Source of the DNA: Nitrospinaceae bacterium
GTDB lineage: Bacteria > Nitrospinota > Nitrospinia > Nitrospinales > Nitrospinaceae
Direction: 5' to 3'
Assembly: GCA_965223665.1 (NCBI GenBank)
Contig: OZ245011.1
Span: forward strand, 128,001-192,000
DNA: 64,000 bases
The translations under genes were made by a program, and so were the position numbers. Shown piece after piece: positions 1-10,613 of the stretch; position 1 is the first letter of the stretch; each line of letters starts with the position of its first letter. Under the pieces are notes generated by a model. It saw only the letters and a list, made by a program, of their open reading frames with translations. It had not been told where the DNA came from and did not search any database.

Positions 1-1401
1 GTTTGCCTGACCTTTGCTTTCTTTCATAACTTTTCCAACGAAAAAGCCTATTAACTTTTCCTTCCCGTTTTGAAATTCTTTTACTTGAGAAGGGTTGCTG
101 GCAAGGACTTCATCCACAATTTTTTCAATTGAGGACTCATCGGAGATTTGCTCTATGCCCTTTTCTTTTATAATTAATTCTGGAGATTTTCCTGATTTGT
201 AAGCTTCTTCAAATACAGATTTAGCCATTTTGCCACTGAGAGAACCCTTGTCTATTAACTTTAAAATATCCGTTAAAGCTTTTGGAGTTAACGGACAATC
301 CTGAATAGTTTTATCATCGTTTTTTAGTTCACGTAATAATTCTCCCATTATCCAATTACTAACAATTTTAGGTTTGGGGAATAGCGAAACACATTCTTCA
401 AAATAATTTGATAGTGGCCGGGAGGTGGTAAGGACACCAGCATCATAAGCAGGGATTTGATAGTCTTTAACAAATCGGTTTCTCTTTTCTTCGGGTAATT
501 CTGGGATTGTTTTTTCAATTTTTTGTATCCAGCCTGGATCGCAAACAATTGGAACTAAATCTGGCTCAGGAAAATACCTATAGTCATGCGCCTCTTCTTT
601 GGATCGCATTGAATAAGTAACACCTTTGTTAGAGTCAAATAATCGAGTTTCCTGGGTCACCGAATCCCCTTGGTCTAGTAATTGAGTTTGTCGTTTGATC
701 TCATATTCTATAGCTTTTTGAACAAATTTAAATGAGTTGATATTTTTTAATTCAGTTTTCGTTCCTAATTCTTTTTGGCCTATAGGTCTAAGAGATACAT
801 TCGCATCGCACCTAAAACTACCTTCTTCCATATTACAGTCGCTAATATCTATATATTCTAGAATTGATTTTAACTCTGTTAAATATTCTCTAGCCTCTTC
901 CGGAGAACTTAAATCGGGTTCGCTTACAATTTCAATGAGAGGAATTCCAGTTCTGTTAAAATCTACGTAGCTACTTCCGGGTTGACCCAGATTACTCCCA
1001 TGGATTGACTTTCCGGCATCCTCTTCCATATGAATTCTGTTTAACCGTATCTTTTTGGTTTTCCCCTTTGATTGGATATTAATATGTCCTTTGCAACCAA
1101 TAGGAAGATCAAACTGAGAAATCTGATACCCTTTAGGAAGATCAGGATAAAAGTAATTTTTTCGAGCAAATTGATTCATTGGCTGAATTTCGCAATGAGT
1201 TGCAAGGCAGGCTCGCATTGCAAATTCCACTGCTTTTTTGTTTAAAACGGGTAATACTCCAGGCATTCCCAAACAAACAGGACAAGTGTTTTCATTGGCG
1301 GCGTTACCAAACTGGGTGGAGCAGGAACAGAATATTTTTGTTTCAGTTTTCAACTGGGCATGGACTTCTAATCCAATAACAGTTTCATAAGTTTGTTGCA
1401 T
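1..1401 (-). CDS. gatB: Asp/Glu-tRNA amidotransferase subunit B (3' end runs off the window)
   Basis: Not in the ORF track. Manual minus-strand translation from ATG 1401 gives [27 protein letters not shown]...[15 protein letters not shown], then [10 protein letters not shown] and YRYFPEPDL. Confidence 0.96.
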   Translation of the reverse strand, partial: MQQTYETVIGLEVHAQLKTETKIFCSCSTQFGNAANENTCPVCLGMPGVLPVLNKKAVEFAMRACLATHCEIQPMNQFARKNYFYPDLPKGYQISQFDLPIGCKGHINIQSKGKTKKIRLNRIHMEEDAGKSIHGSNLGQPGSSYVDFNRTGIPLIEIVSEPDLSSPEEAREYLTELKSILEYIDISDCNMEEGSFRCDANVSLRPIGQKELGTKTELKNINSFKFVQKAIEYEIKRQTQLLDQGDSVTQETRLFDSNKGVTYSMRSKEEAHDYRYFPEPDLVPIVCDPGWIQKIEKTIPELPEEKRNRFVKDYQIPAYDAGVLTTSRPLSNYFEECVSLFPKPKIVSNWIMGELLRELKNDDKTIQDCPLTPKALTDILKLIDKGSLSGKMAKSVFEEAYKSGKSPELIIKEKGIEQISDESSIEKIVDEVLASNPSQVKEFQNGKEKLIGFFVGKVMKESKGQAN

Positions 1402-1416
1402 TTAATTGATTTTTTT

Positions 1417-1445
1417 AAAGAAATACAGCCCCACCATAGGGGCTG
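1417..1445 (-). terminator. Intrinsic terminator-like hairpin downstream of the SDR gene
   Basis: CAGCCCC-N6-GGGGCTG stem (1426-1445) followed on the minus strand by TATTTCTTT. Confidence 0.5.
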
Positions 1446-1512
1446 AATTGAATATTTATTAAGTTTAATTAGAATTCTATAATTTGCAGGGAAGCCCGTC
1501 AAGCCAATGAAA

Positions 1513-2253
1513 TTATAAGGAGGTATATCCTCCATCAATGGGAATTACTGTACCCGTAATAAACGAGGACTCATCACTTGCTAAAAAAAGGCAAAGGTTG
1601 GCAACCTCCTCTGGTTTTCCAAATCTTCCTAAAGGGTAACCCTTTATCCATTGATCCATGAGCTCTTTGTTTTGCCGCAATTCTTCAGTCATTTCTGTTT
1701 CAATCATTCCAGGACAGATGGAGTTTGATCTTATACCTAATGGACCGTATTCCACTGCAATGGATCGACTGAATTGGTTCAATGCTGCTTTAGAAGTATT
1801 GTAAGCTGAAGCCATAGGAGTACCAACTAAGCCAAGTATAGAGCTGATATTTATTATAGAACCGGATTTTTGGTAAACCATTTGGGACAAAACTTCACGA
1901 GTCAATTGAAACACACCTCTTAAATTTATATTTATTACATTATCCCAGGTTGCATCATCCATTTCATGAAGGGAAGCCATGGAGAAAGTACCAGCATTGT
2001 TCACTAAAATGTCGATTCGGCCACCCTGGTTGAGGGTTTGATTTACCAAAGACTTAGTATCTGAAGATTGAGTAATATCACCCTGGATTATTTTGATATT
2101 TGGACCCAAATTTAATTGAGCTTGGTCCAATCGATCTTGTCTGCGCCCAAAAATAAAAACTTGAGCTCCTTCTTTGATAAAAGCTTGTGCACACGCGAAT
2201 CCTATTCCTGTGGCGCCTCCTGTAATAATTGCAGTTTTTCCATCTAATCTCAT
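1513..2253 (-). CDS. Short-chain dehydrogenase/reductase (FabG-like)
   Basis: TGGATGIG, NNAG and YNTSK (YxxxK) motifs. Start moved to ATG 2253 (MRLDGK). Confidence 0.92.
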   Translation of the reverse strand: MRLDGKTAIITGGATGIGFACAQAFIKEGAQVFIFGRRQDRLDQAQLNLGPNIKIIQGDITQSSDTKSLVNQTLNQGGRIDILVNNAGTFSMASLHEMDDATWDNVININLRGVFQLTREVLSQMVYQKSGSIINISSILGLVGTPMASAYNTSKAALNQFSRSIAVEYGPLGIRSNSICPGMIETEMTEELRQNKELMDQWIKGYPLGRFGKPEEVANLCLFLASDESSFITGTVIPIDGGYTSL

Positions 2254-2362
2254 TTTGGTCACTTTAAATGCATATCTTAATGGACTTCTATATAATAAGA
2301 CCAAGATTATACACCTATATGATGAATTTGGAATTGCTTATAGATAAAGTAATGAGGTATGT

Positions 2363-2620
2363 ATGAAGTGGTTGTATTATGGATTTGGTGGATTCATTGG
2401 ATTTGTGTGCGCCTTGGTTATTAGTATGATTTTTATTGCCCTAGAAAATTCAGAGCAATTATTAACCAATTTTGGTCGGGATTATGGGGTGTTTGGGCAA
2501 TATTTACTCAAGCTGTTTAATGCGTTGCCTTTTTTTGGTATTGTTATTGGATTACTTTTGGTTCGACTTATGTTTTCCAAAGAATTTGATAAAAATGAGT
2601 CTGATCAAAATATAGAATGA
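2363..2620 (+). CDS. Small two-TM hypothetical membrane protein
   Basis: GAGG RBS, two hydrophobic segments, fills an intergenic gap. Confidence 0.7.
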   Translation: MKWLYYGFGGFIGFVCALVISMIFIALENSEQLLTNFGRDYGVFGQYLLKLFNALPFFGIVIGLLLVRLMFSKEFDKNESDQNIE

Positions 2621-2696
2621 TACGGATTGTATTAGGGTTAAATGATTTTAAATCAATGTTAGAATGAATGTGAATAAATTAGATTTCTAAAAAACA

Positions 2697-2906
2697 ATGG
2701 ATAAAAAATTCAACGAAAATATACTTAAAGCGTTAGAAACCACTCATGAGGCATTAAAAATTTGTAAGCAAGCCATGATTGATGCCAATGATGAAACTTG
2801 TCGTGCCATGTATTCATCCATTATTAAAGATTGTGAAAAGCATGTGAAAATGTTGAAAGGGGAAATTGAATTACATAAGGTGCAAAAAAAATGGGATGGT
2901 AATTAA
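2697..2906 (+). CDS. Small helical protein, ferritin-like half-domain
   Basis: 69 aa. ...DETCRAMYSSIIKDCEKHVKML resembles a ferritin/rubrerythrin ExxH helix. Stop overlaps the next start (TAATG). Confidence 0.7.
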   Translation: MDKKFNENILKALETTHEALKICKQAMIDANDETCRAMYSSIIKDCEKHVKMLKGEIELHKVQKKWDGN

Positions 2907-3574
2907 TGCGCATTTTGATTGTTGAAGATGAAAAAAAAGTTGCAGGTTTTATTAGAAAAGGTTTGGAAGAAGAGACTTATGCTGTTGATGTAGCCTTTGA
3001 TGGTGATGAAGGGCTTGGATTGGCTGAAATGAATCAGTATGATTTAATCATACTTGATTTGATGTTACCAAAACTGAATGGATTGGAAGTTCTTTCTCGC
3101 CTTCGAAAGAAAAACATAAATACCCCCATTTTGCTTCTTACTGCTAAAGATTCTGTTGAGGATAAGGTGGAAGGTTTGAATCAAGGGGCTGATGATTATT
3201 TAACTAAACCTTTTGCTTTTTCAGAATTGCTGGCCAGAGTGAGGTCATTATTGCGACGAGGTCAAATTGAGACCAAAACTGTGCTTCAGGTTGGTGACTT
3301 AACTTTAGATCTGGTAAGCCACAAGGTTATTCGAAATGACGAAGAAATCGAATTGACGGGAAAAGAATACAGTCTGTTAGAATACTTTATGAGAAATAAG
3401 GATAAAGTCCTTACACGAACCATGATAGCAGAACATGTTTGGGATTATAATTTTGACACCTTTACAAATGTGATTGATGTTTATGTAAATCATCTTAGAA
3501 AAAAAATTGATAAAAAGTTTCCCTCCAAATTGATCCATACTTTAAGAGGTGTCGGATATGTTATGAAGGAATAG
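2906..3574 (+). CDS. OmpR-family response regulator (CusR/CzcR-like)
   Basis: MRILIVEDE, DLMLP, KPF and VIDVYVNHLRKK...TLRGVGY winged helix. Confidence 0.95.
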   Translation: MRILIVEDEKKVAGFIRKGLEEETYAVDVAFDGDEGLGLAEMNQYDLIILDLMLPKLNGLEVLSRLRKKNINTPILLLTAKDSVEDKVEGLNQGADDYLTKPFAFSELLARVRSLLRRGQIETKTVLQVGDLTLDLVSHKVIRNDEEIELTGKEYSLLEYFMRNKDKVLTRTMIAEHVWDYNFDTFTNVIDVYVNHLRKKIDKKFPSKLIHTLRGVGYVMKE

Positions 3575-3577
3575 AAA

Positions 3578-5008
3578 ATGTTTTTTAATTCTATCCGTTC
3601 AAGATTGACGGCGTGGCATGTGACTTTACTAGGCACTGTGCTTGTATTGTTTAGTATCCTTCTTTATGGTTTTTTATCCAACCGGTTGCACGAAAGTGTA
3701 GATAACTCATTAAAAATTTCGGCAACAGTTGTTCGTAAGACAGCCTTATTGCAATATTCCCGGACTCCTTTGCCGGGATTAGAACATTTTTTCGAGCAAT
3801 TTTTGGGTTATAGCAACTTAAATAAGTTTTATAGAATTTATGACGGTTCGGGTAATGTGGGTTCAAGGTCGAAAGGTGTGGATGCTTCCAAGTTTCCTTT
3901 AACTCAGGAAGCATATGCCCGTGCATTGAATGGGGAAGAAACTTATGAGACTTTCATTGTAGAAAGTGAACACCCAATTCGTGTGATTACTATGCCGGTG
4001 ATTAGAGATCAATCTTTAGTGAATTTGGTTCAGGTTGGGACTAGTTTATCTTCGGTTCAAGAAACATTGAAAAACTTAAGAATTTTTCTGTTTACGGCAG
4101 TTCCGGGAATTCTCATTTTAAGTGGTTTCGTAGGTAGATTAATTGCTCGTAGATCTTTGAAGCCTGTAACTAATATTACCCAGACTGCTAAAGAGATTGC
4201 TGATGGAGCGGATTTAAAGCAAAGGATTCCTGTAGCGGAGGCGCAGGATGAAATTGGAGTTTTAGCAAAAACTTTTAACAAAATGATGGATCGCCTGGAA
4301 AACTCTTTCAGTCAGATCAGACAATTTAGTAGCGATGCTTCTCATGAGTTGAGAACGCCACTTACTGTCCTAAAAGGACAAAGTGAGCTTGGATTGAGTA
4401 AGTTAAGGACACCTACAGAGTATCAAGAGGTTTTGTCAAGTAATTTAGAAGAAATAAATTTTATGTCTCGGATCTTAGATGATTTATTTATTCTTTCTAA
4501 ATCTGATGAAAATCAAATTCCTATGCATTGGAGCGAAGTAGACTTTAAAGCTGTATTAGAAGAAATTTGCAAAAATGCTGAAATCCTGGCGGATGAAAAA
4601 GGGGTGAAAATAAAAATAGCATATTTAGATTCAGTAAATTTAGTTGGGGACCCCCATATGTTGAGGCAAATGGTTTGGACTCTTTTGCACAATGGAATTA
4701 AATACTCTCAGCCAGGTGGTGAAATACGAGTGACTCTGCAAAACTTGAAAGACTCCGCTTATTTCACCATTCAAGATACAGGGATTGGTATTCCTGAAAA
4801 TGATCTCCCAAAAATTTTTGACCGATTTTATAGGGTCGATAAAGCGCGATCGCGTGTTGAGGGAGGGAGTGGGCTGGGTTTAAGTATTTGTAAGCATATT
4901 GTAGAACGTCATAATGGAACGATTGATGTTGAAAGTAAGTTTGGTGTAGGAACAAAATTTAAAATTCACCTTCCTAAAGAAAAAAACCCACATGATAAAG
5001 CCATTTAA
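3578..5008 (+). CDS. HAMP sensor histidine kinase (CusS/CzcS-like)
   Basis: Two TM segments, HAMP, H-box DASHELRTPL, N-box NGIKYS, DTGIGI and GSGLGL. Confidence 0.95.
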   Translation: MFFNSIRSRLTAWHVTLLGTVLVLFSILLYGFLSNRLHESVDNSLKISATVVRKTALLQYSRTPLPGLEHFFEQFLGYSNLNKFYRIYDGSGNVGSRSKGVDASKFPLTQEAYARALNGEETYETFIVESEHPIRVITMPVIRDQSLVNLVQVGTSLSSVQETLKNLRIFLFTAVPGILILSGFVGRLIARRSLKPVTNITQTAKEIADGADLKQRIPVAEAQDEIGVLAKTFNKMMDRLENSFSQIRQFSSDASHELRTPLTVLKGQSELGLSKLRTPTEYQEVLSSNLEEINFMSRILDDLFILSKSDENQIPMHWSEVDFKAVLEEICKNAEILADEKGVKIKIAYLDSVNLVGDPHMLRQMVWTLLHNGIKYSQPGGEIRVTLQNLKDSAYFTIQDTGIGIPENDLPKIFDRFYRVDKARSRVEGGSGLGLSICKHIVERHNGTIDVESKFGVGTKFKIHLPKEKNPHDKAI

Positions 5009-5110
5009 GGTTTCTCGTTATTATTTTGTGAATCATTTATTTTTATGAGTTTTGATCTTATTTGATTTTGCTTTAGAATAAATAGATAAACATATTTTTT
5101 AGAGGATTAA

Positions 5111-6025
5111 ATGCGGCATTATTGGCCTTTAGGTCCCGTACTTGTTTTTGGAGAAGTATTGTTTGATGCATTTCCTGAAAAAACATGTTTGGGGGGAGCC
5201 CCATTTAATTTTGCGTTTCATCTGGTCAAATTAGGGTTGCCCGTCCACTTTATTAGCTCCATAGGGGATGATTCGCAGGGTGAAGAAATTATTGATTTTG
5301 GAATTCGAAACGGATTTCCGCTTTCTGGGATTCAAAAGGATCCAGACCATCCCACAGGAATGGTGCAAGTAACCTTGGATGGTAAGAAAAGCCCAAGTTT
5401 TGAAATTCTACCAAATAGAGCGTTTGACTATATTAGGTTCAATGAGTTTTTAAATAACCTTCTGAAAGATGAGATTCCCCTTATTTATTTTGGAAGTTTG
5501 GCGCAAAGAAACGAAACTTCAAAAAAAACCTTAGAGTCTATTTTAAAAAGATGTTCCTTCCGATCAAAAGTTTTTGTAGATTTAAATTTAAGAGCACCTT
5601 TTTATAACAAAGAATTGGTGGAAAAAATTTTAGGGTGTTGCGATTTCTTGAAAATAAGCATGGAGGAATTACAGGAGATCAAAAATATTTTTAATCTCAC
5701 TGGATCAATAAGCCAAATAGGAGTCCAGTTGTTGACCCATTTTAAGATTGGCTCCCTGTGTGTTACCCAAGGAAGCAATAGTAACCTTCTTTTTGACACC
5801 GGGAAGAGAGAGCCTTTGATTTGCCCGGTGCAATCCAATGAGGAAATTGTTGATACTGTTGGGGCGGGTGATGCTTTCTCCGCAATGCTCGCATTAGGTT
5901 TTTTGGCGGGATTTCCTCGGAAAACAATTTTAGATCGGGCAACAGAATTTGCTACTAGATTATGTAGTGTTAAGGGGGCGTTGCCTTTAGATGAGTCGTT
6001 TTATAAACCCTATCGATTTGAATAA
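5111..6025 (+). CDS. PfkB-family carbohydrate kinase, probably fructokinase
   Basis: GEVLFD, GGAPFN and DTVGAGDAF motifs; overlaps the sps start. Confidence 0.9.
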   Translation: MRHYWPLGPVLVFGEVLFDAFPEKTCLGGAPFNFAFHLVKLGLPVHFISSIGDDSQGEEIIDFGIRNGFPLSGIQKDPDHPTGMVQVTLDGKKSPSFEILPNRAFDYIRFNEFLNNLLKDEIPLIYFGSLAQRNETSKKTLESILKRCSFRSKVFVDLNLRAPFYNKELVEKILGCCDFLKISMEELQEIKNIFNLTGSISQIGVQLLTHFKIGSLCVTQGSNSNLLFDTGKREPLICPVQSNEEIVDTVGAGDAFSAMLALGFLAGFPRKTILDRATEFATRLCSVKGALPLDESFYKPYRFE

Positions 6026-8196
6026 TGTCTGAAAACACTAAAGGGATTTATCTTCTGTTATTCAGTATTCACGGGCTTGTTCGTTCGCATGATTTAGAAA
6101 TGGGACGAGATGCTGATACGGGTGGACAGGTAAAGTATGTTTTAGAACTTGCAGAACAATTGTCCCGTCGACCTGAAGTAGAGAGGGTGGATTTGTTTAC
6201 TCGCCAAATAAGAGACCGAAAAGTATCCTCCGATTATTCAGTTCCCATTGAAGAAATTTCACCCAAAGCAAGGATTGTTCGTATTCCCTGTGGAGGGGGA
6301 AAATATATTCGCAAAGAATTATTGTGGAATCATTTGGATGAATACGTCGATAAAACTTTAAAATTTATTAAGAAAGAAGAATTGAATCCACATCTGGTTC
6401 ACGGTCATTATGCAGATGGTGGTTACGTTGCAATGACATTGGCAAATTTTTTGGGAGTACCATTTATTTTTACAGGACATTCTTTGGGGAAAAGTAAAAA
6501 TGAAAAGTTGTTGGAAGATGGTTGGACTTCTGAAGATATAAATAAAAAATATCACATGGAACATAGGATTGAAATTGAAGAAAAAATTATGGGTTGTGCT
6601 GATTTGGTGTTTACCAGTACCCAACAAGAGATTGATAAACAATATGGCCTTTATGGTAACCGTTCTATTCCAGAGTTTATTGTTAATCCCCCTGGATTAG
6701 ATTTAAAGAGGTTTTATCCCTTTTATGATGAAGAGCATTTGGATGAATCTGGTAAACAAGCGAGGATGGCAATTCAAAATGAATTGAACCGTTTTTTTCT
6801 GGCACCTGAAAAACCATTGATTCTGGCATTATCTCGTCCGGATAAACGAAAAAACATTTCATCTTTAATTCAGACATTTGGAGAAAGTAAGGATTTGCAA
6901 GCCATCGCAAATTTGGCTGTGTTTTGTGGGATTAGAAAAAATATTTTAGATATGGAAGAGAATGAGCAATCGGTACTGACTGAAACACTTTTGCAAATGG
7001 ATAGGTATGATTTATATGGAAAAATGGCTATCCCTAAAAAGCATGACTTTACATTAGAAGTTCCTGAATTATATCGAATTGCTGCAATGAGGAGAGGAGT
7101 ATTTGTAAACCCTGCACTTACAGAGCCATTTGGTTTAACTTTACTGGAGTCGGCGGCTTGTGGATTGCCAATTGTTGCTACAAACGATGGTGGACCCGTT
7201 GATATTATTAAAAATTGTAATAATGGTGTTTTAGTGGATGTTTCTGATATTGAGAAAATCGGGGAGGCCGTTAAAGAAATTCTAGTCGATGAAGAAAAAT
7301 GGAAACAATTTTCCATCAATGGAATCAATAATGTGCGATCCTATTATTCTTGGGATGCTCATGTGGATAGATATTTAGAGCGTATTCATTCTATGAAAAG
7401 TTTGAGCCTGGAAAGAAAGTTTAATATTTCAAATGGTGCACCCATTGGAAGAAAAATGATCCAAATCAATCGGATGGTTATAACAGATATTGATAATACA
7501 TTGACCGGGGATGATGAGTCACTGGAGCAATTTTTAGAAACAATCAATTCGCATAAAAATAATGTGGGGTTCGGGGTGGCAACAGGAAGAAGTATTAATT
7601 CTGCTTTAGAATTTTTACAAGAAAATAAAGTTCCAATACCTGATGTTCTTATCACTTCGGTTGGTAGTGAGATTTATTATAGTGGCAAAAATTATTTGGA
7701 TAATGGATGGTCTGTTCACATTCAGCAAAAATGGGAAAAAGAAAAAATCAAAAAACTTCTGGCAACATTACCTTTCTTAAATCCGCAAGAACCAGAAACT
7801 GAGAGACTTTATAAAGTTAGTTATTTTATGGAACCCAAAGAAGGTTATTTAGAGCAAATTCATGATCTACTCACTAAAAATAGATGTAGATATAATTTGA
7901 TTTACTCGCATCAGCAATTTTTAGATGTATTACCTCAAAGGGCTTCTAAGGGAAAAGCCATTAGGTATTTGAGTTATAAATGGGAAATTCCATTAGAAAA
8001 TATTTTGGTTGCAGGTGACTCTGGAAATGATGAAGAGATGCTCCGGGGAGATCCCTGGGGAGTAATTGTCGGCAATTATAGTGAAGAAATGGAAAGGCTT
8101 AAGGGAAAGCGTAGAATTTATTTTTCAAAGAAAAATTTTGCGGCAGGCGTAATGGATGGTATTAGGCATTATCGATTTTTAGGAGGTTCAGATTGA
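6025..8196 (+). CDS. sps: Sucrose-phosphate synthase with C-terminal sucrose-phosphatase-like HAD domain
   Basis: SIHGLVR...GRDADTGGQVKYV, HGHYADG, EPFGLTLLE; HAD motifs DIDNT and GDSGND. Confidence 0.93.
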   Translation: MSENTKGIYLLLFSIHGLVRSHDLEMGRDADTGGQVKYVLELAEQLSRRPEVERVDLFTRQIRDRKVSSDYSVPIEEISPKARIVRIPCGGGKYIRKELLWNHLDEYVDKTLKFIKKEELNPHLVHGHYADGGYVAMTLANFLGVPFIFTGHSLGKSKNEKLLEDGWTSEDINKKYHMEHRIEIEEKIMGCADLVFTSTQQEIDKQYGLYGNRSIPEFIVNPPGLDLKRFYPFYDEEHLDESGKQARMAIQNELNRFFLAPEKPLILALSRPDKRKNISSLIQTFGESKDLQAIANLAVFCGIRKNILDMEENEQSVLTETLLQMDRYDLYGKMAIPKKHDFTLEVPELYRIAAMRRGVFVNPALTEPFGLTLLESAACGLPIVATNDGGPVDIIKNCNNGVLVDVSDIEKIGEAVKEILVDEEKWKQFSINGINNVRSYYSWDAHVDRYLERIHSMKSLSLERKFNISNGAPIGRKMIQINRMVITDIDNTLTGDDESLEQFLETINSHKNNVGFGVATGRSINSALEFLQENKVPIPDVLITSVGSEIYYSGKNYLDNGWSVHIQQKWEKEKIKKLLATLPFLNPQEPETERLYKVSYFMEPKEGYLEQIHDLLTKNRCRYNLIYSHQQFLDVLPQRASKGKAIRYLSYKWEIPLENILVAGDSGNDEEMLRGDPWGVIVGNYSEEMERLKGKRRIYFSKKNFAAGVMDGIRHYRFLGGSD

Positions 8197-10610
8197 AAAT
8201 AATTAATAATTTATCGAATCTTCTTTCTGTTAAAGAGATTCGGTGTTTCCGTGAATTTATTTATGAACTAAACCACTCTTCCTCAAAACATCTTTTAAGA
8301 AATGAAATTTTATTGAAGTTTAATGATTTCATATCTCAAAAAAATGGAAATGCACAGGTTGATCAATTAAAAAGTTTTTTATCTAAAACACAAGAAATGC
8401 TTTTAATGGATGAATTTGTTGTTTTGCTTTATCGAACTCGCGTGGCTAATTACGAATTTTATCGTATTCATGAGGGAGAAGATCAGATAGATTCACTGAC
8501 TTCGGAAGAATTTTTGGATTACCGGGAGACTCTTGCAGGTCAGTCCTATCTTCCTGCCGAGAAGAAATTACGTCTTGATTTTAAACCTTTTTATAGCTTT
8601 GGACCTGTTATCAGAGACCATCGCAAGATAGGTTCCGGACAAAGGTTTTTAAATAGTTTTATGGCTGGAAAACTACAAAATGAACCGGAAAAGTGGCACC
8701 ATTATTTATGCGAGTTTTTGAAAATTCACTCCATTAATGATGAACAAATTTTAATTGATGGAGAAGTAATTCAGGGACCTACCCACCTATTTGAAGCAGT
8801 TCAAAAAGCCATATCGCAATTAGAAGAATTAAATGCTGAATTGCCTACGCAGGAAATCAAAGGATTATTAAATGCTTTAGGAATCCGTGACGGTTTTGGA
8901 AATACTGTTGGCAAGACCTTAAGTAATCTCCAATTACTTGCGAATCTTTTTGAAGAACCCAACTCAGATTATTTAGAAGATTTCATCTCTACAATACCTA
9001 TGATTTCTCGAGTAGCTATCATTTCTCCTCATGGATGGTTTGGGCAGGATAATGTTTTAGGACGTCCAGATACGGGAGGGCAGGTTGTTTATATTCTTGA
9101 TCAAGTAAAGGCATTAGAAAAATTTTTAATGGAGTCGATGCAATCCGCTGGCTTGAAAGTTGAACCGAAAATAATAATATTAACAAGATTGATTCCTGAA
9201 AATGAGGGAACCACAAGTAACCAAAGGTTGGAGAAGGTTCATGGAACTAAAAATTGCTGGATACTGCGAGTGCCTTTTAGAGATGAGAACCAAAATATTA
9301 TTCCGCAATGGATTTCCCGATTTCATATTTGGCCCTTTTTGGAGCAATTTGCTTTAGATGCAAAAACAGAATTGCAAACCGAGTTAGGAGGTAAGCCGGA
9401 TTTAATTGTTGGGAATTATTCGGATGGAAATTTGGTGGCTTCCTTATTGTCTTCTTGGTTGGGGGTCATCCAATGTAATATTGCTCATGCCTTAGAAAAA
9501 TCCAAATATCTTTTTTCAGCGCTATATTGGAAGGAAAATGAGGAGGATTACAATTTCTCTCTTCAATTTACTTCTGATCTTCTTGCTATGAATCGTGCAG
9601 ATATTATTATTTCCAGTACAGCTCAGGAGATTGCAGGTACGGATACGGTAATGGGTCAATATGAATCGTATTGTCTATTCTCGATGCCGGATTTATATAA
9701 AGTTGTAAATGGAGTAAATTTATATCATCCAAAATTTAACGTGGTTTCTCCCGGTGTAGATGATGCTCTTTATTTTCCCTATGACCAGCATGAAAGGAGA
9801 ATGCAAAATCAAACTAAAGAACTTACCGAAAGATTATTTTATCAAAAGGGAAACGATATTTTTGGAGAATTAGAAGATCCGGAAAAAGTAACTATTTTTA
9901 CCATGGCTCGGTTAGATAAAATTAAAAACCTAACAGGATTGGTTGAGAGTTTTGGTGAAAATAAAAAACTTAGAGAAAAAGCAAATTTGATTTTGGTGAC
10001 ACGTGCAATTCGGGAAGAAGGAATTGTAGATGAAGAAGAGTTACATGAACTTAAAAAGATGTATCGGCTCATTGATGAATTCAATTTGTGGGGTAGTCTT
10101 CGGTGGATAGAAAACTCTTCACGTCAAAATGGTGCTGAAATGTATCGAATTGTTGGTGATCGGAAAGGGATATTTGTTCAGCCTGCATTATTCGAAGCAT
10201 TTGGATTGACGGTTTTAGAGTCCATGGCCACTGGTTTGCCCACTTTTGCCACACAATTTGGAGGTCCTTTAGAGATTATTCAGGATGGACAAAATGGTTT
10301 TTTGATCAATCCCACTCAAGCTTCCCTTCTTACCCAACCCATTTTAAAATTTTTGGAAAGATGCGAAGAGGATCCTACTTATTGGGAAAAAATTTCTAAA
10401 GCTGGCATTTCACGAGTTCAGGAAGCTTATACTTGGAAACTGTATTCTGAAAAACTAATCAAGTTTGCCAAGTTATATGGGTTTTGGAATTATTCAGAAT
10501 TTGGAGATGAGAAAAATGAAATAGATCAATATTGTTCATTGCTATTTCATTTAATCTATAAAGTTAGGGCAGAAAAACTATTAGGAATGAAAGAGGAAAT
10601 TAAAATTTAA
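8193..10610 (+). CDS. sus: Sucrose synthase
   Basis: SPHGWFGQDNVLGRPDTGGQVVYILDQV, GNYSDGNLVA, MARLDKIKNLTGL and QPALFEAFGLTV; 805 aa. Confidence 0.95.
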   Translation: MKIINNLSNLLSVKEIRCFREFIYELNHSSSKHLLRNEILLKFNDFISQKNGNAQVDQLKSFLSKTQEMLLMDEFVVLLYRTRVANYEFYRIHEGEDQIDSLTSEEFLDYRETLAGQSYLPAEKKLRLDFKPFYSFGPVIRDHRKIGSGQRFLNSFMAGKLQNEPEKWHHYLCEFLKIHSINDEQILIDGEVIQGPTHLFEAVQKAISQLEELNAELPTQEIKGLLNALGIRDGFGNTVGKTLSNLQLLANLFEEPNSDYLEDFISTIPMISRVAIISPHGWFGQDNVLGRPDTGGQVVYILDQVKALEKFLMESMQSAGLKVEPKIIILTRLIPENEGTTSNQRLEKVHGTKNCWILRVPFRDENQNIIPQWISRFHIWPFLEQFALDAKTELQTELGGKPDLIVGNYSDGNLVASLLSSWLGVIQCNIAHALEKSKYLFSALYWKENEEDYNFSLQFTSDLLAMNRADIIISSTAQEIAGTDTVMGQYESYCLFSMPDLYKVVNGVNLYHPKFNVVSPGVDDALYFPYDQHERRMQNQTKELTERLFYQKGNDIFGELEDPEKVTIFTMARLDKIKNLTGLVESFGENKKLREKANLILVTRAIREEGIVDEEELHELKKMYRLIDEFNLWGSLRWIENSSRQNGAEMYRIVGDRKGIFVQPALFEAFGLTVLESMATGLPTFATQFGGPLEIIQDGQNGFLINPTQASLLTQPILKFLERCEEDPTYWEKISKAGISRVQEAYTWKLYSEKLIKFAKLYGFWNYSEFGDEKNEIDQYCSLLFHLIYKVRAEKLLGMKEEIKI

Positions 10611-10613
10611 GAA

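Noticed and set aside
348-1379. Three short track ORFs (348-548, 737-970, 1179-1379)
   Set aside because: Shadow or alternate frames of gatB, which covers 1-1401 on the minus strand.
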